A stretch of 64,000 nucleotides of DNA from Bispira polyomma. Its lineage: Eukaryota. The first letter of the stretch is position 1. Each line of letters starts with the position of its first letter. The DNA lies in contig OZ287759.1 of NCBI GenBank assembly GCA_965649765.1, positions 1,550,001 to 1,614,000 of the forward strand. Direction: 5' to 3'. Positions 60,411 to 64,000 of the stretch are shown here, in pieces. Both the position numbers and the translations under genes were made by a program. Under the pieces are notes generated by a model, which saw nothing but the letters and a program-made list of their open reading frames with translations, did no database searches and was not told the DNA's origin.

Positions 60411-62959
60411 GGCTCTGCATTATTGCAGTGCCAGCTCACTTATCTTCTGAAGCTGCAACAGACTGGGTTAACAAGGGTTATTCTGGTAATGTGTCTAAAT
60501 TTCATACTAGAACTGTATATAGTAGTAAGGATCAGTATGGCAGCACTTGCTGGGAAACAGATTGGGCTAGGTATCAAAACAAGTCCTATGCTGATATTGT
60601 TAAAACAGGCAAACTTGTAAATAATGATATCCATAGTAAATGTGTGAAACCACTGTATAAACATGAATATATGTCGCATGTGTTGAAAGATGTAACCACT
60701 AACAAAATTTCAGGCGGAGCAAACAATGGCCCTGGGGGAATTTTCCCCCAAAAAACCATTACTCGTGTACAAAGACACAGGCCCAAAACCCTGAAATCAC
60801 AAAGCCATGTAGGCGCTCACAACCTAATTAATATCACTCGCCAGGAACCAGCAAAGGTTTGTGTCAAGGATAAATTTAGTGGCCTGAACAGCCCTGAAGG
60901 AGGGCAAGTAATGACTAATAAGTATCAACCTGTCCACAAAGTCCAAAAATGCCCCTCAACCAGCACACAACAATGGGTCACACCCACAAGTAACAAATTT
61001 GCACTCCTGCAGGACAATGGTTCCTCTAAGAGTAGCCTGGCCAGTGATATTACCGACCTACATACTCCCAGTACTGACAATGGTGGTAGTACACAAGGTG
61101 TACAATTCCAAGCAAATACTAAAGTGGGGAAAAAGTGCAATGTACCCAAATTAGATAAGTATGACTTGGAATTGCAAGTAAAACCTAAAACACGGGATCT
61201 AATTAAACAAGCAAAGGATGAACCTCAGTTCCAGCAGTGGAATGACCAAAACTCGGATAAATATGGTTTTATACCACTTGGTAAGCTTCGACTTCCCATA
61301 GCAGATAAACGAGTTAAATTAAACAACACCTTGCTTGAGCTACATATCGTTATTAAAGACCAAAATTGTCCCAATTTTATGGGCCCTCAGATAGAAATAA
61401 AATCTGAATTAAATCTGGATGTTTGGGAAAAATACCAAGTCCATTATTGGGATAAACAGCTCCCTTTCTTAATTCGCTATGGTTTCCCCCTTGACTTTCA
61501 CAAAGGCAGTAAGCTCTCACACATAGAGAAAAATCACCAATCCACGACCCAGTATCCGGATGACGTCAAGGCGTACCTAAACGAAGAAACAAAATTTGGT
61601 GCCATGCTGGGCCCTTTTGAAAGTGTTCCAATTAAAGACCTCCATATTTCACCCTTTATGACTAGAGAGAAACCGGGTGGGGCTCATCGGCGAGTCATAA
61701 TAGACTTAAGCTTTCCACATGGTGAGTCGGTAAACTCGGCTGTAGCCAAGGACAACTAGTTGGATACTGCTTTTTCCCTCACCCTTCCTACTATTGATAC
61801 TATTACTAGCAAAATTGCCCGTTTAGGCAGAGGAACGTTACTCTATAAAATTTACGTCAGTCGGGCATTCTGTCACGTGAAGATGGACCTGGCTGACTAC
61901 AACTTAGGACTAAAATTAGAAAAATACTATGTAGACTCATGTCTACCCTTTGGATTTCGGCATGGGAGCGCCATTTTCCAACGCCTAAGTGACGCGGTCA
62001 GGTATATTATGAAAAATCATGGCTGTGACATCACCAACTACATCGACGACGTAATCGGTTTTGGTGACGTCACTGAAAGCAAGCGTTCATTTGACCTACT
62101 GTATAACCTATTACAAGAACTAGGTTTTCCTCTCAGTCACAAAAAGCTGGTGCATCCCAGCACTGCAGTCATATGTCTAGGTGTATTAGTCAATACGGTA
62201 GATCTAACAGTCTCCCTTCCGGATGAGAAACTACAGGATATCAATGCCCTAATTCAAGACTGGCAAAACCAAAAAGTATGCACTAAGCGAGAATTACAGT
62301 CCCTCTTGGGCAAACTTCTCTATATTTCAAAATGTGTAAGAGTCTCAAGGTTGTTTTTGAACCGTATGTTAGACGTCCTCAGATCAGTAGGAGCCAGTCA
62401 GAAGATTCAGCTCACACCAGAATTTTTCCAGGACATAAACTGGTTCACAAAATTTCTACCAAAATTTAATGGCAAAGCCTTCTTTGAGCATGAGCCTGCC
62501 ACTGATTGTATTCAGTTAGACGCTTGCCTTCAAGGGTTGGGGGGGCGTTGTAACGACGAAGTATATGAATTTTCGATTCCTCTAGGCTACCAAAATATGA
62601 CTATACTCCACCTTGAAATGCTTAATATCCTGGTGGCTATTAGGCTCTGGAAATCCACCTGGGCAGGCAAAAGACTTATACTTCAATGCGACAACGCTGC
62701 TGTAGTTATAATCTTGAACTCAGGCAAAACAAGAGAAATTACATTAGCAGCTATTGCCAGAAACATATTTATGGAGGTGGCTTCTGCTGACATCAGCCTT
62801 AAGACAATTCATATATTGGGTAGATTAAATACTGTGGCTGATCTGCTATCTAGATGGCACATCACCACAGGCAGTGACCAAAAGTTAGAAGAATTGATTC
62901 CTAACCCCCAATGGCTCAAGGTTCGACCTAGCATGCTAGAAATAGATTGGTCTATTTAA
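60398..62959 (+). pseudogene. N5 pol (in-frame stop at 61757-61759, RT catalytic D changed to Y in KIYVSRAF)
   Basis: ORFs 60380-61759 and 61760-62959 are in one frame and colinear with N4 pol. Confidence 0.92.
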
Positions 62960-62967
62960 TTTTACAG

Positions 62968-63963
62968 ATGTACCCTCAAAGTTAAGATGTATAGCTACTC
63001 AAGCCTCACACAGAACCCACCAAGCTTTTAGACCAGCCACTGAGCGGGCTTACACAAATATGTTTAGGATTTTCTAAGCCTTCTGCAGTTTTGCTCAGGT
63101 CAGGCCTCAGCTTATTTCTCCACTAATCATTCTGGCTTTCTTAGAAGTACTGGTGGTCAATAATGTTTCCTCTCCATCTATAGCCAATTACTTGTCGGCG
63201 ATTAAAACCAAAATGGCTCTATACGGCCTTGATGTGGGGGCTTTTGCAGATCCCAGAATTAAATATTACCAAAAAGCCTTGGTGTTAAACAGTCCCTTTA
63301 GGGCTAAAATTAAAGCCATTATAGACATCCCACTTCTGCAACAAATTGTGCACACCTGTGATAGTATGTACATGGGGTTAGTTTTCAAAGCAGTGTACCT
63401 AATTGAATTTTTCTCCTTTTTAAGAATATCAAATTTGGTTCCTTATGCGGTTGGCCAATTCTCTCTTCTAGTACAACTAGCTCAGGGGGACGTGTTATTT
63501 GCCCCCCCCCCCTGGCCTGCATATCATAATAAAATGGTCTAAAACATTGCAGGCTAAAAATGTCTTAAAAGTCCTAAAAATTCCCACATTGAATGGTTCA
63601 TCCCTCTGCCCAGTGGCAGCCACAAGAAACTTATTAGCAATTACCCCAGGACACAAAAACTCCCCTCTTTTTCAATTCAAAAAAGCCCAAAAATGGTCTC
63701 CAAGGAAAGATTCCCAGATTAGAAAAAACCTCTCTCTCATACTTACCCGACTGGGTTTACAGCAATCGGCTATATCCTTCCACACCTTCCGTCGTTCAGG
63801 TGCCACTTTAGCCTTTAACAGTAATGTACCAATGCAAGATATTCAGAGTCATGGCACTTGGACCTCGGATTGTGTGTGGAAGTATATTGTTCAGGACCAC
63901 AATGCCTCTGAGCAGGTGGCCCTGTCTTTCAAAGCTCTACTCTCAAATCCCACTACCTCCTAA
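62968..63963 (+). pseudogene. N5 tyrosine recombinase (stop near 63076, frameshift in poly-C ~63502-63512)
   Basis: Highly similar to N4 YR; catalytic motifs are retained. Confidence 0.92.
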
Positions 63964-64000
63964 TTGGGCTTTGGGGCTCTACTTACATACCTTTTACAAT

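Larger units (their letters stand above)
59072..64000 (+). mobile_element. N5: defective Ngaro-type YR retrotransposon, close relative of N4, truncated by the window end
   Basis: The 5' end TGCGGGGTAG is homologous to N4 A1. It carries gag, RT/RH and YR, and B begins at ~63970. Confidence 0.94.

Overview
AT-rich, repeat-dense eukaryotic DNA, probably from an invertebrate animal (inference). No host protein-coding gene can be supported. The window is a mosaic of old local segmental duplications (three direct copies of one block plus one large inverted pair) into which retroelements have nested. These include a decayed Ty3/Gypsy element, L2-clade and L1/Tx1-like LINE pieces, tRNA-derived SINEs, a small insertion carrying a hammerhead ribozyme fold, and five related tyrosine-recombinase (YR) retrotransposons of the Ngaro type. 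The five are N1 ~9.7-14.6 kb (-), N2 ~20.2-23.8 kb (+), N3 31209-36968 (-), N4 47717-54907 (-, near-intact, with identical split direct repeats A1-ORFs-B1A2-spacer-B2) and N5 59072 to the window end (+). Comparing them shows an apparently conserved, retrovirus-like expression system. (i) Pol lacks its own ATG and is reachable by a -1 ribosomal frameshift (A_AAA_AAC, 6-7 nt spacer, then a covarying hairpin) at the gag stop. (ii) The YR ORF lacks a conserved ATG but has a phase-1 splice acceptor just after the pol stop in all five copies, and a matching phase-1 donor in mid-gag. This predicts a spliced Gag(N-half)-YR fusion recombinase of 462 aa in N4. All alignments were done by eye, and the boundaries of decayed elements are approximate.
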